A stretch of DNA of 64,000 nt, taken from an uncultured Verrucomicrobiae bacterium. Its GTDB lineage: Bacteria; Verrucomicrobiota; Verrucomicrobiia; Chthoniobacterales; Xiphinematobacteraceae. The stretch is taken from contig CAVPNI010000003.1 in assembly GCA_963706715.1 (NCBI GenBank), positions 512,001 through 576,000 of the forward strand, read 5' to 3'. Shown here piece by piece: positions 1 to 9,749 of this stretch (within the stretch, counting starts at the first letter, position 1; each line of letters starts with the position of its first letter). The notes beneath the pieces are model-generated. The model was not told the origin of the DNA. It did not search any database and saw nothing but the letters and a program-made list of their open reading frames with translations. Both the position numbers and the translations under genes were made by a program.

Positions 1-288
1 GCAGCGGCCATCTGTCTCCAAAAATTGAGACCAAGGTGAGCGATGCCAAGATTGTCGGATGGTATTTTCATAAATATTCTAACGTGGAAGTATTACTGGG
101 TTATTCAGTTGAGACACGAAACATCCTGATTGCACTCGCTTCTCATTGCCATGATCACCAGTTCTCGGTTCTAATTTTTGGATTTTTTACCTCAATGAAC
201 TTGACGTCTCACGGTACTGATGGGCCCTGCCTCTGCAGGCAATTCGGGAGTTTCAAATATTCATGCAACTTTACTCGAAGTATTTGTT

Positions 289-933
289 ATGTCAAATCCG
301 AAATTTAATGAATTAGGCAGTTCAAAATGGATTACTCAGAGGGAGGCTGCGCTCCTGCGTAAAGTAAGTCCCGCTGCCATTTCATTTCTGTTACGTAAGG
401 GACGTTTGAGGAGCAAAATAATTTCTGGACGGCGCTTAGTTCGACGTGAGGATGTTTTGAATTTTAAGCCGTTGATTCGTGGCGTCGGTCGTCCTAGTAA
501 ATACGCGATAGAGGCAAGTTCTGCGGAGATAGATCGTAAGGAATGGATCACTCAAAAAGAAGCCGCAGATTTAAGACGAACCGCACCGGATGTCATTAGG
601 GCAGCCATCAAGCGAAAGCGAATGCGAACATTAAGAAAAGACGGCGTTCTGTACGTATGTAAAAAGGATGTGCTAAATTATCGACCTCGCGTGGATTATC
701 GTCCTGGTGATGTGAGAGAGATTCCAATTCCTCCTGGAGAGGATCCAAAAGATTGGATCAGCGTGGAAAAAGCTGCTCAGATTCGTGATGTCACAGAAGC
801 AGCGATTCTCATGCAAGTATCTCGAAAGCGAATTCGGAGCATCAAATGGGGAGACACTCGGTTAGTCCACCGTCAAGATATCCTCAACTTTAAGCGCAAA
901 CCGCGAACACAGCGACCGAAGAAAAATAAATGA
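289..933 (+). CDS. DNA-binding protein with three tandem excisionase-like (HTH_17/MerR-type) repeats
   Basis: Three repeats WIT/SxxxAAxxRxxxxxxIxxxxxxxRxR...V...DxLN(F/Y); ATG at 289 preferred over 220. Confidence 0.7.
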   Translation: MSNPKFNELGSSKWITQREAALLRKVSPAAISFLLRKGRLRSKIISGRRLVRREDVLNFKPLIRGVGRPSKYAIEASSAEIDRKEWITQKEAADLRRTAPDVIRAAIKRKRMRTLRKDGVLYVCKKDVLNYRPRVDYRPGDVREIPIPPGEDPKDWISVEKAAQIRDVTEAAILMQVSRKRIRSIKWGDTRLVHRQDILNFKRKPRTQRPKKNK

Positions 934-1181
934 TGCACATAGAATGTCCTCACATGCGCTATTTCCGTATTATGGCTTATCTCAAAACTTCCCACCTTCA
1001 TCTCGATTTACCCGCCTGTTCTACCCACTCCTAATAGCGATGGGCCGTAAAATCTTTACTGATTGATGGAAAAACCCATTTGGGCGAGATGGCTATAGTG
1101 CAACTCAATCCATAAAATAATATGGCTTTTGTATTTACATCATATGATTATTAATATTATATTAAATATATATTCAATATT

Positions 1182-1865
1182 ATGGCAGTCATTTCATTTG
1201 CAAATCCCAAAGGAGGTAGTGGAAAAACAACCCTTGCTCTTGTACTCGCACTGGAACTTTCTCGGAATGGAGGAAAAGTGGCTGTCATCGATGCCGATCC
1301 AAATGCGGTGATTGCAGGGTGGAGTCACAATCGCACGGCATCTGGGACAAATGTCCCATTTCTGACGCTGCCCCGCCCAAAAGAAACAGAGCTCATCTCA
1401 ACAATCGGAGAGCTTGGTAAACAGTACGATTTCATTTTGATCGACCTGGAAGGGACGGCCTCCAGATTGCTATCCAGAGCATTCGCGCGTTCTCATCTGG
1501 TCCTCATTCCCCTGAATCCTTCCCCCATCGATGCTCGATTGGCCGCGGATGCCGTTAGACTGGTTTATGAAGAAAGCGAAGCTTTAGAGAGACAGATTCC
1601 ATACAGGATCGTCTACAGTCGATATCCGGCGACCGTGCAAACGAGAAGCTTCAAACGAATCGCGGAAGAAATCCGTAAAGAAGAATTGCCAACCTTGCCC
1701 GGTGGCTTGGTCGAACGTGCCGCCTTTCGTGACATTTTTGAGTTTGCCGCAACATTGGACGAATTGAGCGAAAACACTACTTCCGGATTGTCGAGAGCCC
1801 GTGATAACGCCTATGAGCTGGCTCAGGGGGTCATCAATGCCCTAAAAGAAGAGCACAAGATATAA
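1182..1865 (+). CDS. parA: ParA family partition ATPase (short, type Ib-like)
   Basis: Deviant Walker A NPKGGSGKTT, IDADPN, ILID. Confidence 0.92.
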   Translation: MAVISFANPKGGSGKTTLALVLALELSRNGGKVAVIDADPNAVIAGWSHNRTASGTNVPFLTLPRPKETELISTIGELGKQYDFILIDLEGTASRLLSRAFARSHLVLIPLNPSPIDARLAADAVRLVYEESEALERQIPYRIVYSRYPATVQTRSFKRIAEEIRKEELPTLPGGLVERAAFRDIFEFAATLDELSENTTSGLSRARDNAYELAQGVINALKEEHKI

Positions 1866-1905
1866 ATATTGATATTCATATTTATATTAAAATAATATTA
1901 AAAGT

Positions 1906-2205
1906 ATGAGCATGGGCTTTGAGAAAGCAAAACCGAAGAAGTTGGATCTTTCAGGCCTCCCAAAAGGTGCACCAAAACTATCCGCTGAAAAAGAAAAGGC
2001 AGCTGTAAAACGGGGGGAATCACTTGGATTTATATCCAGAGAATCGGAAGGTTCCGGAGAGATTCGACGGAATAGAAAAAAAGTGCCAACCAAATCAATT
2101 TTTATCACCGGGCCTGCTCCGGTGATTAACCAATTTATTGAATACACGAACAATCTTGGCGTGAACTCCTACTGGCTTGCGCTGGAAAAACTGCTCTCCA
2201 AATAA
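1906..2205 (+). CDS. Small putative partition partner (ParG/ParB-like)
   Basis: 99-aa basic ORF directly downstream of parA; function inferred from position. Confidence 0.5.
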   Translation: MSMGFEKAKPKKLDLSGLPKGAPKLSAEKEKAAVKRGESLGFISRESEGSGEIRRNRKKVPTKSIFITGPAPVINQFIEYTNNLGVNSYWLALEKLLSK

Positions 2206-2437
2206 AGCGGGTGTTGCTCTGATTGGAGAAGTCTACTCGAAAAAGTCGGATTTATTTCCTAAAAAGTAGCAACGAAGCTAATGCTGCTCCGAAGGCACCT
2301 CCAATGTACGATGCGCAAAAGTGGATTAGTAATTCAGTCATACCTTTTGTTCAAAATAGACTCCAATGTACTCTTATGGAGTCTATCCGTCAAATCAGCA
2401 TGAGAAAATTTTATTTTCTCGGAGTCTATTGGAAGCC

Positions 2438-2638
2438 ATGATTCATCGTCTTATGCAGCCATTAGATAAGAGTCTCAAAATTAGATTCTCGACTGAAATG
2501 ATGGAAATGTTAAAGAGGCGCGCTGCAGAGCGAGGGCCCGGCACACGGCTTGCCGATCTTGTTCGTGAAGCCGTGCATCATCACTATGCGGAAGATACGC
2601 CTCGCAAAAAAGTTGCGAAGAAAGACAAAAGTAAATGA
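2438..2638 (+). CDS. Ribbon-helix-helix (CopG-like) protein
   Basis: LKIRFSTEMMEMLKRRAAE...LADLVREAV pattern. Confidence 0.55.
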   Translation: MIHRLMQPLDKSLKIRFSTEMMEMLKRRAAERGPGTRLADLVREAVHHHYAEDTPRKKVAKKDKSK

Positions 2639-2786
2639 GCACTATCATCAAACAAATTTTCGACTATTTTGAGGGTCCTACAGAGAGAAGGGGGAGGCAT
2701 AGAGGCGCTCTCGATGGATTTCTATCAAATACTCGTCAAACAAAAAGTATTGGTTGCAGAGGGGGATTTGAGGCTATACTGAAACC

Positions 2787-3284
2787 ATGAAGCCGGATTC
2801 GTACATGGCATTTTCATCACCAGAAACTTATATTTCTGGTATGGCGGCGCTTTCCATTCCTGATGAAGGGCGAGCCGGTGGGGATTGGCACTTTGTGGCT
2901 ACATTCTGTCATGAAAGTGGCCCTATTCAGTCAGCAGGTCAAAAGGGCACTCTGATCAATACCAATCAATTCCTGGGCCAACGCATGGTAGTCGATAAGG
3001 CCGCCATTCTGCGCAAGCGAGGAATAGAAATACCGAACACACCGGTATTCTGTGCTCTCCATCCACGTGCAGTAGCCGATTTACTTTATCGTAGTTTGTC
3101 GAAAGATATTTTTCCTGCACATGTCATTTTGGAAGGCGGGATATTTGAGGAGGAAATCGAATTTTCTGAGTTGGACGCGCTTTTGAACCTAATCGCCCCA
3201 CAACTAAATGCTTTTCAAAACGAAAATCTTCGGCGCTGGAAAGCTCGACAGTTCTTTCCTGTGAAACATGCAATCGCAGCCTAA
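2787..3284 (+). CDS. Hypothetical protein, putative antitoxin of the downstream nucleotidyltransferase
   Basis: Overlaps the start of the AbiEii-like gene; YISGMAAL...GDWHF segment. Confidence 0.55.
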   Translation: MKPDSYMAFSSPETYISGMAALSIPDEGRAGGDWHFVATFCHESGPIQSAGQKGTLINTNQFLGQRMVVDKAAILRKRGIEIPNTPVFCALHPRAVADLLYRSLSKDIFPAHVILEGGIFEEEIEFSELDALLNLIAPQLNAFQNENLRRWKARQFFPVKHAIAA

Positions 3285-3972
3285 TTCCCCTAACGCTATC
3301 CACACAGCTGTCATGCGGAAAATTTGCTTAAGTGTAGCAAATACTCCGATGGTTCTCAAAGGAGGTACGGCTCTTCTCCTCTGCTATGGACTAGATCGAC
3401 CTTCGGAAGATCTGGATTTTGATAGTTCAAAGAAGATGGGCCTAGAACGCCGGATTGAAGCTGCGCTAGGGCACGACTACCGTATCGATGCGATCAAAAC
3501 GTTGAAAAACACTGAAACCGTTCAGAGATTGCGCCTTAGCTATACCCATTTAGAAAGTGGAATTCAAAGAAGCCTAAAAATTGAAACATCTTTTCGTGTT
3601 GATCCAGCTGCTAACCAAATTAATGCCATCGCCGGCATCCGTGTTTACAAACTTGAGACTCTTTTCCGGCAGAAGGTACAAGCGCTCTTCCAACGCACAA
3701 CCGGACGAGATCTTTATGACGTAGCTTTCATCCTAGGAAAAAATGAGTTTAAGCCAGACCGGGATTTACTGACCCGCCTGCATCAAGATTTCAAAAATCC
3801 AACGCGATTTGGAGAAATTGAACAGCAGTTTCGCGAAGCATTTCAAACCGACCCACTCCTTTCCAGATACGATTTCGACAAGATACTTCTTCAGTTATCC
3901 GAGAGAGTTGAAGAAGCTTATAAAGAAGGCCTGAATATACAGCCATCGCAAAGCAGAGGGCTGAGTATGTAA
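3268..3972 (+). CDS. AbiEii/AbiGii family nucleotidyltransferase toxin
   Basis: LKGGTAL, RPSEDLDF, KIE, K...R...RDLYD motifs. Confidence 0.9.
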   Translation: MQSQPNSPNAIHTAVMRKICLSVANTPMVLKGGTALLLCYGLDRPSEDLDFDSSKKMGLERRIEAALGHDYRIDAIKTLKNTETVQRLRLSYTHLESGIQRSLKIETSFRVDPAANQINAIAGIRVYKLETLFRQKVQALFQRTTGRDLYDVAFILGKNEFKPDRDLLTRLHQDFKNPTRFGEIEQQFREAFQTDPLLSRYDFDKILLQLSERVEEAYKEGLNIQPSQSRGLSM

Positions 3973-4036
3973 GCACTTTTTCACAACGTGGCGGAAGCCG
4001 AACAGTGGTGGTCTGCGAGCCCCCCCTGGAACAGCT

Positions 4037-6056
4037 GTAGAGTCGAGGACAGGCGCGGTAACTGGTAGGGTTGAGGGAGTAGCTGTTTCCGGCGGCTTTC
4101 GCAGATGCCGGTGCCTCAGGCTCATCCATGGTTTCGTTTCCTGTCCCCGCTCATCAAACCGGACGTGCTGATTTCCAGCATCCGGCTTTCGGACCAAGGT
4201 ATGTTCATGCTTTCGCCCATGGAAAGTTGCGGGTTGTCCGGGTTAGTCGGATCAGTCCGAGTTTCTCATAAAGATACTTGTCGGGGTAGGTTCTGGTTCC
4301 GACTCCCCTGATTTTGTGTTTGTTTCGCAACCACTGGCGCAGCCGATAGGAGGTGTGGGCGTCCACCGCACGATAGGCTTTCGAAACGGGTCCGAGGCTA
4401 AAATAATTGCCCCATCCCCGCAGCAGTGCATTGAGCTCGCTGACCTTCCTGGCAGTTTCTTCTTTGAGTGTAAAACGGGCTGTTTTCTGACTAATACGTT
4501 CTATGATCCCTGCGATTTTCTTCTTGCTGGGCCACGTTGCTATGTAGGCTTTTCCAGTCTTGGTTGAATGGAATCGTCCAAGTGTGTATCCCAAGAAATC
4601 AAATGTTTCTTCGGGCACCCGACATACTCGTGTCTTTTCGCGGTTAATTTCCAGCTTTAGTTTGCTCATCAGTCTCTGCATTGCTTGGCAGGCTTCCTGT
4701 CCCGCTTTTGCGCTCAGGATCACGAAATCATCAGCAAAGTTGACGATTTGTGCTTTCAGCCCTTTCTCATATCCGAGTTGTTTCCAGCCCAGGATGAAGC
4801 GTCGCATGTAAAGGTTTGAGAGTAAGGGCGAGATCGGAGCTCCTTGTGGAGTTCCTTTCTTGTGGCGTCGCGCCGGATTGCTCCGCCGCTTGCCTCCTCG
4901 CCCATCGCTTTCTTCTATCGGCATTTGCAGCCATTGTTTGAGCAGGGCCAGCATCGCTCCGTCGCTGATGCGTCGCGCTAGGCTTTTCATCAGTTCTGGG
5001 TGTGGGATGGTATCGAAGTAGCCGCTTAGATCGGCGTCTACTACTTCGCGTAGTCCTTTATTAAGCCATCCGTGGATTTCCAGAATTGCATCGTGTGCGT
5101 TCCGGTTTGCTCGGTAGGCATATTGCTCGGGCTGTAGGTCGGCTTCGAAGATTGGTTCTATTATTAGTACCACCGCCATTTGTACTACTCGGTCTTTAAT
5201 GGTCGGTATTCCCAACGGTCTTTGTTTGCCGTTGGGTTTTGGGATCATTACCCGCTTTACTGCTCCAGGTTTGTAGCTCTTTTCTTTCAGTTCTTGCGCC
5301 AGTCGCCCGATCCATTGGCTCACTCCCTTGGCTTCGATATCCTCGAAGCGGACTCCATCCACTCCTGGTGCACCTGCATTGGCACGGCATTTACGCCATG
5401 CTTCTGCTAATATGTCCAGTCGGTAGATTTTGTCGTATAGGGCATAGAACCGATATTTCGGGTTTCTCTTCGCTTTGGCATGCAACGTTTCTTGCAGTTC
5501 CCAGAGTTTTGTTGGAGGTGGTAGGTTTTCGCCAATCTCCGCTCTGTCTTTACTTGTCACGTTGCCTTGGAACCAAGGCCCCTTCGCTCCGCGGTCATTA
5601 CTCGCTTCTTTGCTCGTATGGGCCTCTCCGACTTCCGCCACCACCGGTTCTCTCTCTCGCGAGATTCCCGTTGGAGTATTTCTATCCCATGGTTGCGGAT
5701 CTCCCGTGTTCCTACGGTTATCCTTTGCACACATGCCTTCATCAATACTCCGGCGGACTCCCTGTAGGCTTCTATTGCTCTGTTTGTCCTCGGGGATTTG
5801 CCTCAGTGATGCCAGCCTTCGCCCTTCTGCGACGGGCTCGGCGTCCGCATTGCGTTTTTCGAAGCTTGCTCGATGTTCACTCATTTGAATTAAGGCCTAT
5901 GTGCTCCCTGGACTACCTTATGCAGCCCTTTTTCCCTGGTGTGCTTGAACGGTTTCGTTACCTCTGCCGCCCCTCCAGGTGGTTCCGGGCGGAGCAATTA
6001 GTTCCCGGACGGGATATCTTCCTCCCGCTGGATCACCGCGGCTTTTCACGGCGCAC
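4037..6056 (-). mobile_element. Group II intron, full length, RT-encoding
   Basis: 5' GTGCG at 6056; domain V GAAAGCCGGATGCTGGAAATCAGCACGTCCGGTTTG after the ORF; 3' end CGACTCTAC at 4037. Confidence 0.9.
4205..5884 (-). CDS. ltrA: Group II intron reverse transcriptase/maturase without endonuclease domain; true start probably downstream of 5884
   Basis: GAPGVDG, RPLGIPT, GTPQGAPISPLL, NFADD, GWGNYF. Confidence 0.93.
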   Translation of the reverse strand: MSEHRASFEKRNADAEPVAEGRRLASLRQIPEDKQSNRSLQGVRRSIDEGMCAKDNRRNTGDPQPWDRNTPTGISREREPVVAEVGEAHTSKEASNDRGAKGPWFQGNVTSKDRAEIGENLPPPTKLWELQETLHAKAKRNPKYRFYALYDKIYRLDILAEAWRKCRANAGAPGVDGVRFEDIEAKGVSQWIGRLAQELKEKSYKPGAVKRVMIPKPNGKQRPLGIPTIKDRVVQMAVVLIIEPIFEADLQPEQYAYRANRNAHDAILEIHGWLNKGLREVVDADLSGYFDTIPHPELMKSLARRISDGAMLALLKQWLQMPIEESDGRGGKRRSNPARRHKKGTPQGAPISPLLSNLYMRRFILGWKQLGYEKGLKAQIVNFADDFVILSAKAGQEACQAMQRLMSKLKLEINREKTRVCRVPEETFDFLGYTLGRFHSTKTGKAYIATWPSKKKIAGIIERISQKTARFTLKEETARKVSELNALLRGWGNYFSLGPVSKAYRAVDAHTSYRLRQWLRNKHKIRGVGTRTYPDKYLYEKLGLIRLTRTTRNFPWAKA

Positions 6057-6148
6057 CGCAGAATTTCCGCCAAGGAAAAACCACTGACGTTCGTGAAAAA
6101 GTTCCGCGCTTGTTCGAAACAATTACAGTATCGATTGGCCAAGAGCAA

Positions 6149-6808
6149 CTATCCAGGATAGTCTGGCAAAACCAGTTGAACAAGCCTCTCAAACTCTCCG
6201 ACTTCCTTCGCGAGTGCCTCTAAAGTTAGCGTACCTTTTCCTTGAGCTGCAGCCTCCCATTCTGGTTTCCTTGCTTGGTATAAGCTCTCTAGCTGGGCTC
6301 GATAAATATGCCGCTTCCTTAACTGAGAAAGAAACGGTCGGTTCAATTTGAATAAACAAATTAGGTAAGTTCCAACAGGGTGACGTGCACACAGTTCGCC
6401 ATCAGGCGAGACATCAAAGTAGACAAGCCGATTATCGTTAAACGGATCAACGAAACCGACAGCCCCGTCATGGGAAGCATTCGGATTAGAAGACGGCCAA
6501 TTTGCCCTCTTTGTGTTGTTACATTGGACACAAGAATGGTGAAAATTCTTCGGGTCGTTTTTTAAGTGTTTAAATTCAGGACGGCTATGCGGTCTAAAAT
6601 GGTCAATTTGCATTGCCTCGCGACCTCCAACGTCGTTTTCGTGGACATCACAATAGACGCAACGCATGGCACAATCCTCGGCAATTTCGTGATGATAGTT
6701 TTTCCGATAGTGTGTATACGAATAAAATTTCGTTGCGTTTTGTTGCGAATACGCCTGCCTCCTGGTAAGTTTGGAAAAAAATTGTGGTTTTACTGGATCA
6801 ACATTCAC
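6149..6808 (-). CDS. HNH endonuclease
   Basis: CVYC...IDHFRP...N...CVQCNNTK. Confidence 0.88.
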   Translation of the reverse strand: MNVDPVKPQFFSKLTRRQAYSQQNATKFYSYTHYRKNYHHEIAEDCAMRCVYCDVHENDVGGREAMQIDHFRPHSRPEFKHLKNDPKNFHHSCVQCNNTKRANWPSSNPNASHDGAVGFVDPFNDNRLVYFDVSPDGELCARHPVGTYLICLFKLNRPFLSQLRKRHIYRAQLESLYQARKPEWEAAAQGKGTLTLEALAKEVGEFERLVQLVLPDYPG

Positions 6809-6811
6809 AAC

Positions 6812-7444
6812 TTATAGATTCCAATTATCTCTCTGCAGCATTACTTCAAGCTCAGCCAGTTTTTTCTGCAATTCTTTGACATCGTGCATTTCTCCTGCAC
6901 ACAGTGGAGCAACACGTTCGGTTTCGAGAAGGCCTAATTCCTTTTCTTCAGCCTGAGAAAGAGGCTCCTTAATGCTCTTTACTAGCAGCTCATGGAACCT
7001 TTTCTCGCGAACATTGAGCACATCATCAAATACATCCAAACGTCGCAAGATTCTAGCTTTAACCATCTTGGCTCTGTCTGAATTACCCTCGTCAAGGGTT
7101 GCCTTTTCAATGATGTCCTCGACTCGATATGCCGTTGCGCTAAAATCTTCCTCGGGATAACCGGTCAAAATATAGATAGGGAGTTTTGGGTACAAGCCTC
7201 TCAGATATTCGGCAAGTTCGATACCATTATAATTAACAACTCCACGCCCCTTCATTTTTTGGTCAATAAAGAATCCCCCTAAATTCGGATTTTTTAGAAG
7301 ATAGTTAAATTGTGGAAACTGTGGAAAGGGAGTCAGTGGTTCCACCTTTATGGTGGGACAGTCCAAGAAGCGCTGTAAGGCAGGAACATTAGCCCAAAGG
7401 GCTTCATGCTTGTCATCAACGACATAAAGTATAATTGACTTCAT
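6812..7444 (-). CDS. Receiver-domain protein with helical C-terminal extension
   Basis: YVVDD, FFIDQKM (phospho-Asp), NGIELA, ILTG, IEK; no obvious HTH output. Confidence 0.8.
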   Translation of the reverse strand: MKSIILYVVDDKHEALWANVPALQRFLDCPTIKVEPLTPFPQFPQFNYLLKNPNLGGFFIDQKMKGRGVVNYNGIELAEYLRGLYPKLPIYILTGYPEEDFSATAYRVEDIIEKATLDEGNSDRAKMVKARILRRLDVFDDVLNVREKRFHELLVKSIKEPLSQAEEKELGLLETERVAPLCAGEMHDVKELQKKLAELEVMLQRDNWNL

Positions 7445-7454
7445 TTTATACTAA

Positions 7455-9749
7455 TTACTTTGGTAATTTAGTCGAGACAGGAACGGTTATGGTGAAACTC
7501 GCCCCTCCTAAGGGCCCCTGTTGTCTAGCTTTGACTTCACCTTGGCTGTGCTCTTCGACGAAGGACCGTACAATGGTCAACCCTAAGCCGGTACCTATTT
7601 CTTCGCCTCTTTCGTTTCGTTTGGTAGTAAACGTGGGTTCAAAAATAGCTTCTTCGGTTCCCGCCTCCAAGCCACGTCCAGAATCATCAAATCGAACGAT
7701 GTGAAATCCGTTCTGTGTCTGCATCTCGACTTGAATTTGCCGTTTTCCTAGCGGAGTAGATTCCATAGCCCAAGATGCATTAATGATAAGGTTCATAAAA
7801 ATGCTTTCCCAATCCATGGCATATCCTTCGACATAAAAATTGCCTGCTTGCGGATATTCATATTTTATATTCTTTTCACTTTCAAGTACTTCACGGAATG
7901 AGAAAAAAACGGTATTTAAAGTGCGTCGTAAACAAATGCCCTTCTTTTTCGAGCGTTTTTCACGACTAATGTTTCCTAACATGAATCTAGTGAAATCCCT
8001 TAATTTCCGAGATTCGGAGACGAGGAATGTCATTGTTTTTTGAACATCAGGCCGTTCGGCCTCTGATATCCACCATGCTTTAGAAATGACATCTTTGTCC
8101 AAATGTTGGGCATATTTCACGATATTGTCTGTCCAATCTACGGATTCATGGCCAAATGCAGCCGCAAGAATTCCCAAAGATGCTAAATTAAAAAGCATGT
8201 TCTTTTGTTTCTCGACATATGCCTTTTCGACAGCAATAGCCTGAGCTGATTCTGCTGCCTTGGTGCGTACTGTCTTAATGAGAGACTGTGTTTTTGTTAC
8301 AGCATCCACTACTTCCGGCTGAGCAGATGATATCGGGATGATGCGCTCCAATACATCTGACAACTGCTTCAACGCATCGTCTGAAGCTGCGATAGAGGCT
8401 TCAGCTTTCTTTTCTGCGTCGACAAGGAAATTGTCGAGCAGCTTATTGGAGCGCGCATAATTCTGATGATTAATCTCAAAAAAGCGGACTACTTTTCCGG
8501 CAAATACTCTCAGGTGTGTAAACGGCTTACCCTCGACGAGCCCTTCTCTATTAGTTTGGTCCGAGAGGGAGGGATTACACTCTTGTGTAAGAAAAATCGC
8601 TCCGACAATTTGATGATAGCTAACACGCCACCCGCCAGGCGTCTCGTTCTGCGCGGGTCCCTCTGGACTTTTCGCCTTAAGAAATGCAAATTGTAACCAA
8701 TCTCCCTCACCATTCGGCTGGCCATAAGGCTTGACTCGGAAACCGTCACGATATATTCGCATTCCCTGGTTGGCGTCTAGAAACTGGGTCACATTAGCTC
8801 TAGTCAAAATTTTCTCTCCTGTGCGAGTCTTCTCGCGAGGAAAGTAGTAAAACTCCATTTCGATTGGACCACAGAGTGGAAACTCGCCTTCATTCCGAAC
8901 CCATTCTTTCCATGGCACGGGGTTAAGCCGATACTCGTTGTCGTGTTGTCCAGACTGCATCCGGATTTCCACATCCGCCGCTTCATTGATACTAGCGGTT
9001 ACTTTCCACGTTGCAGCGTCTAAAACAAAACTCGGAACCTCTACAATGCCATCTAAAGCTTCGTTATATCCCCCTGAATCTAACTCGATGGAAAAATCGG
9101 TTGGAGCAGAAAAGGGCGAAACTAGGAGAGATAATTCCGATCGTAGTTTGCCAAGAGATTCTGTAGTCCACTCGTCTTTGAGTTCATGAAGAATAAGCCG
9201 AGTCCCATGAGGGAATGTAGTTTGCAAGCCACTAATTGGATGGATTCGGATATCCGGCAGTGTATAAATGCAATGAACTACTTCTTCCAACCGAGAGGCT
9301 GTTCGTTCGTAGCTACTCCAATCGATTTCCAATTCCACTGGCGACGATTTGTCAGCCATCGACTGCACTTGTGTGCCTTTACAAAGGCGGTCGAGTCCAA
9401 GGCGCCCGAGCCCTTTTTCTCCCGTGGGAGTTCGACCTTTTTTTGTCTTGCGAACTGTTGCTTTATTCGCAGTTCCAATAACCATCCAATGGTCGCGCAA
9501 TTGATTGAGAGTCATGCCTCGCCCATCATCTTCAATGATCAACCGAGGGTTCTTGGAGCTAAGGCCATGAAAGCAAATCCGGACTTTTGTGGCATCCGCA
9601 TCATAAGCGTTCTTCACAAGCTCAAAGATTGCAGTGATCGAACTCGAAATACTCTCGCGTCCAAGTTGCATGGCTACGCGGGCATTGACTGAAAAGGGTT
9701 GCTTATCAAGCAATGTTCGGTTTGGCTGTAGAAGTAATTCGTCGTTCAT
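7455..9749 (-). CDS. MORC/MutL-like GHKL ATPase fused to a histidine kinase
   Basis: N-terminal ELVKNAYDA, EDDGRGM, GEKGLGRL; C-terminal H-box AFGHES, NLIINA, DDSGRG, FTTK, GTGLGL; ATG at 9749 overlaps the MTase stop (TAATG). Confidence 0.88.
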   Translation of the reverse strand: MNDELLLQPNRTLLDKQPFSVNARVAMQLGRESISSSITAIFELVKNAYDADATKVRICFHGLSSKNPRLIIEDDGRGMTLNQLRDHWMVIGTANKATVRKTKKGRTPTGEKGLGRLGLDRLCKGTQVQSMADKSSPVELEIDWSSYERTASRLEEVVHCIYTLPDIRIHPISGLQTTFPHGTRLILHELKDEWTTESLGKLRSELSLLVSPFSAPTDFSIELDSGGYNEALDGIVEVPSFVLDAATWKVTASINEAADVEIRMQSGQHDNEYRLNPVPWKEWVRNEGEFPLCGPIEMEFYYFPREKTRTGEKILTRANVTQFLDANQGMRIYRDGFRVKPYGQPNGEGDWLQFAFLKAKSPEGPAQNETPGGWRVSYHQIVGAIFLTQECNPSLSDQTNREGLVEGKPFTHLRVFAGKVVRFFEINHQNYARSNKLLDNFLVDAEKKAEASIAASDDALKQLSDVLERIIPISSAQPEVVDAVTKTQSLIKTVRTKAAESAQAIAVEKAYVEKQKNMLFNLASLGILAAAFGHESVDWTDNIVKYAQHLDKDVISKAWWISEAERPDVQKTMTFLVSESRKLRDFTRFMLGNISREKRSKKKGICLRRTLNTVFFSFREVLESEKNIKYEYPQAGNFYVEGYAMDWESIFMNLIINASWAMESTPLGKRQIQVEMQTQNGFHIVRFDDSGRGLEAGTEEAIFEPTFTTKRNERGEEIGTGLGLTIVRSFVEEHSQGEVKARQQGPLGGASFTITVPVSTKLPK

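Noticed and set aside
3990..6086. HDV-like ribozyme in the reconstructed intron target
   Set aside because: Pseudoknot order is similar, but the short P3/L3, P1.1 and catalytic-C junction are not recognisable
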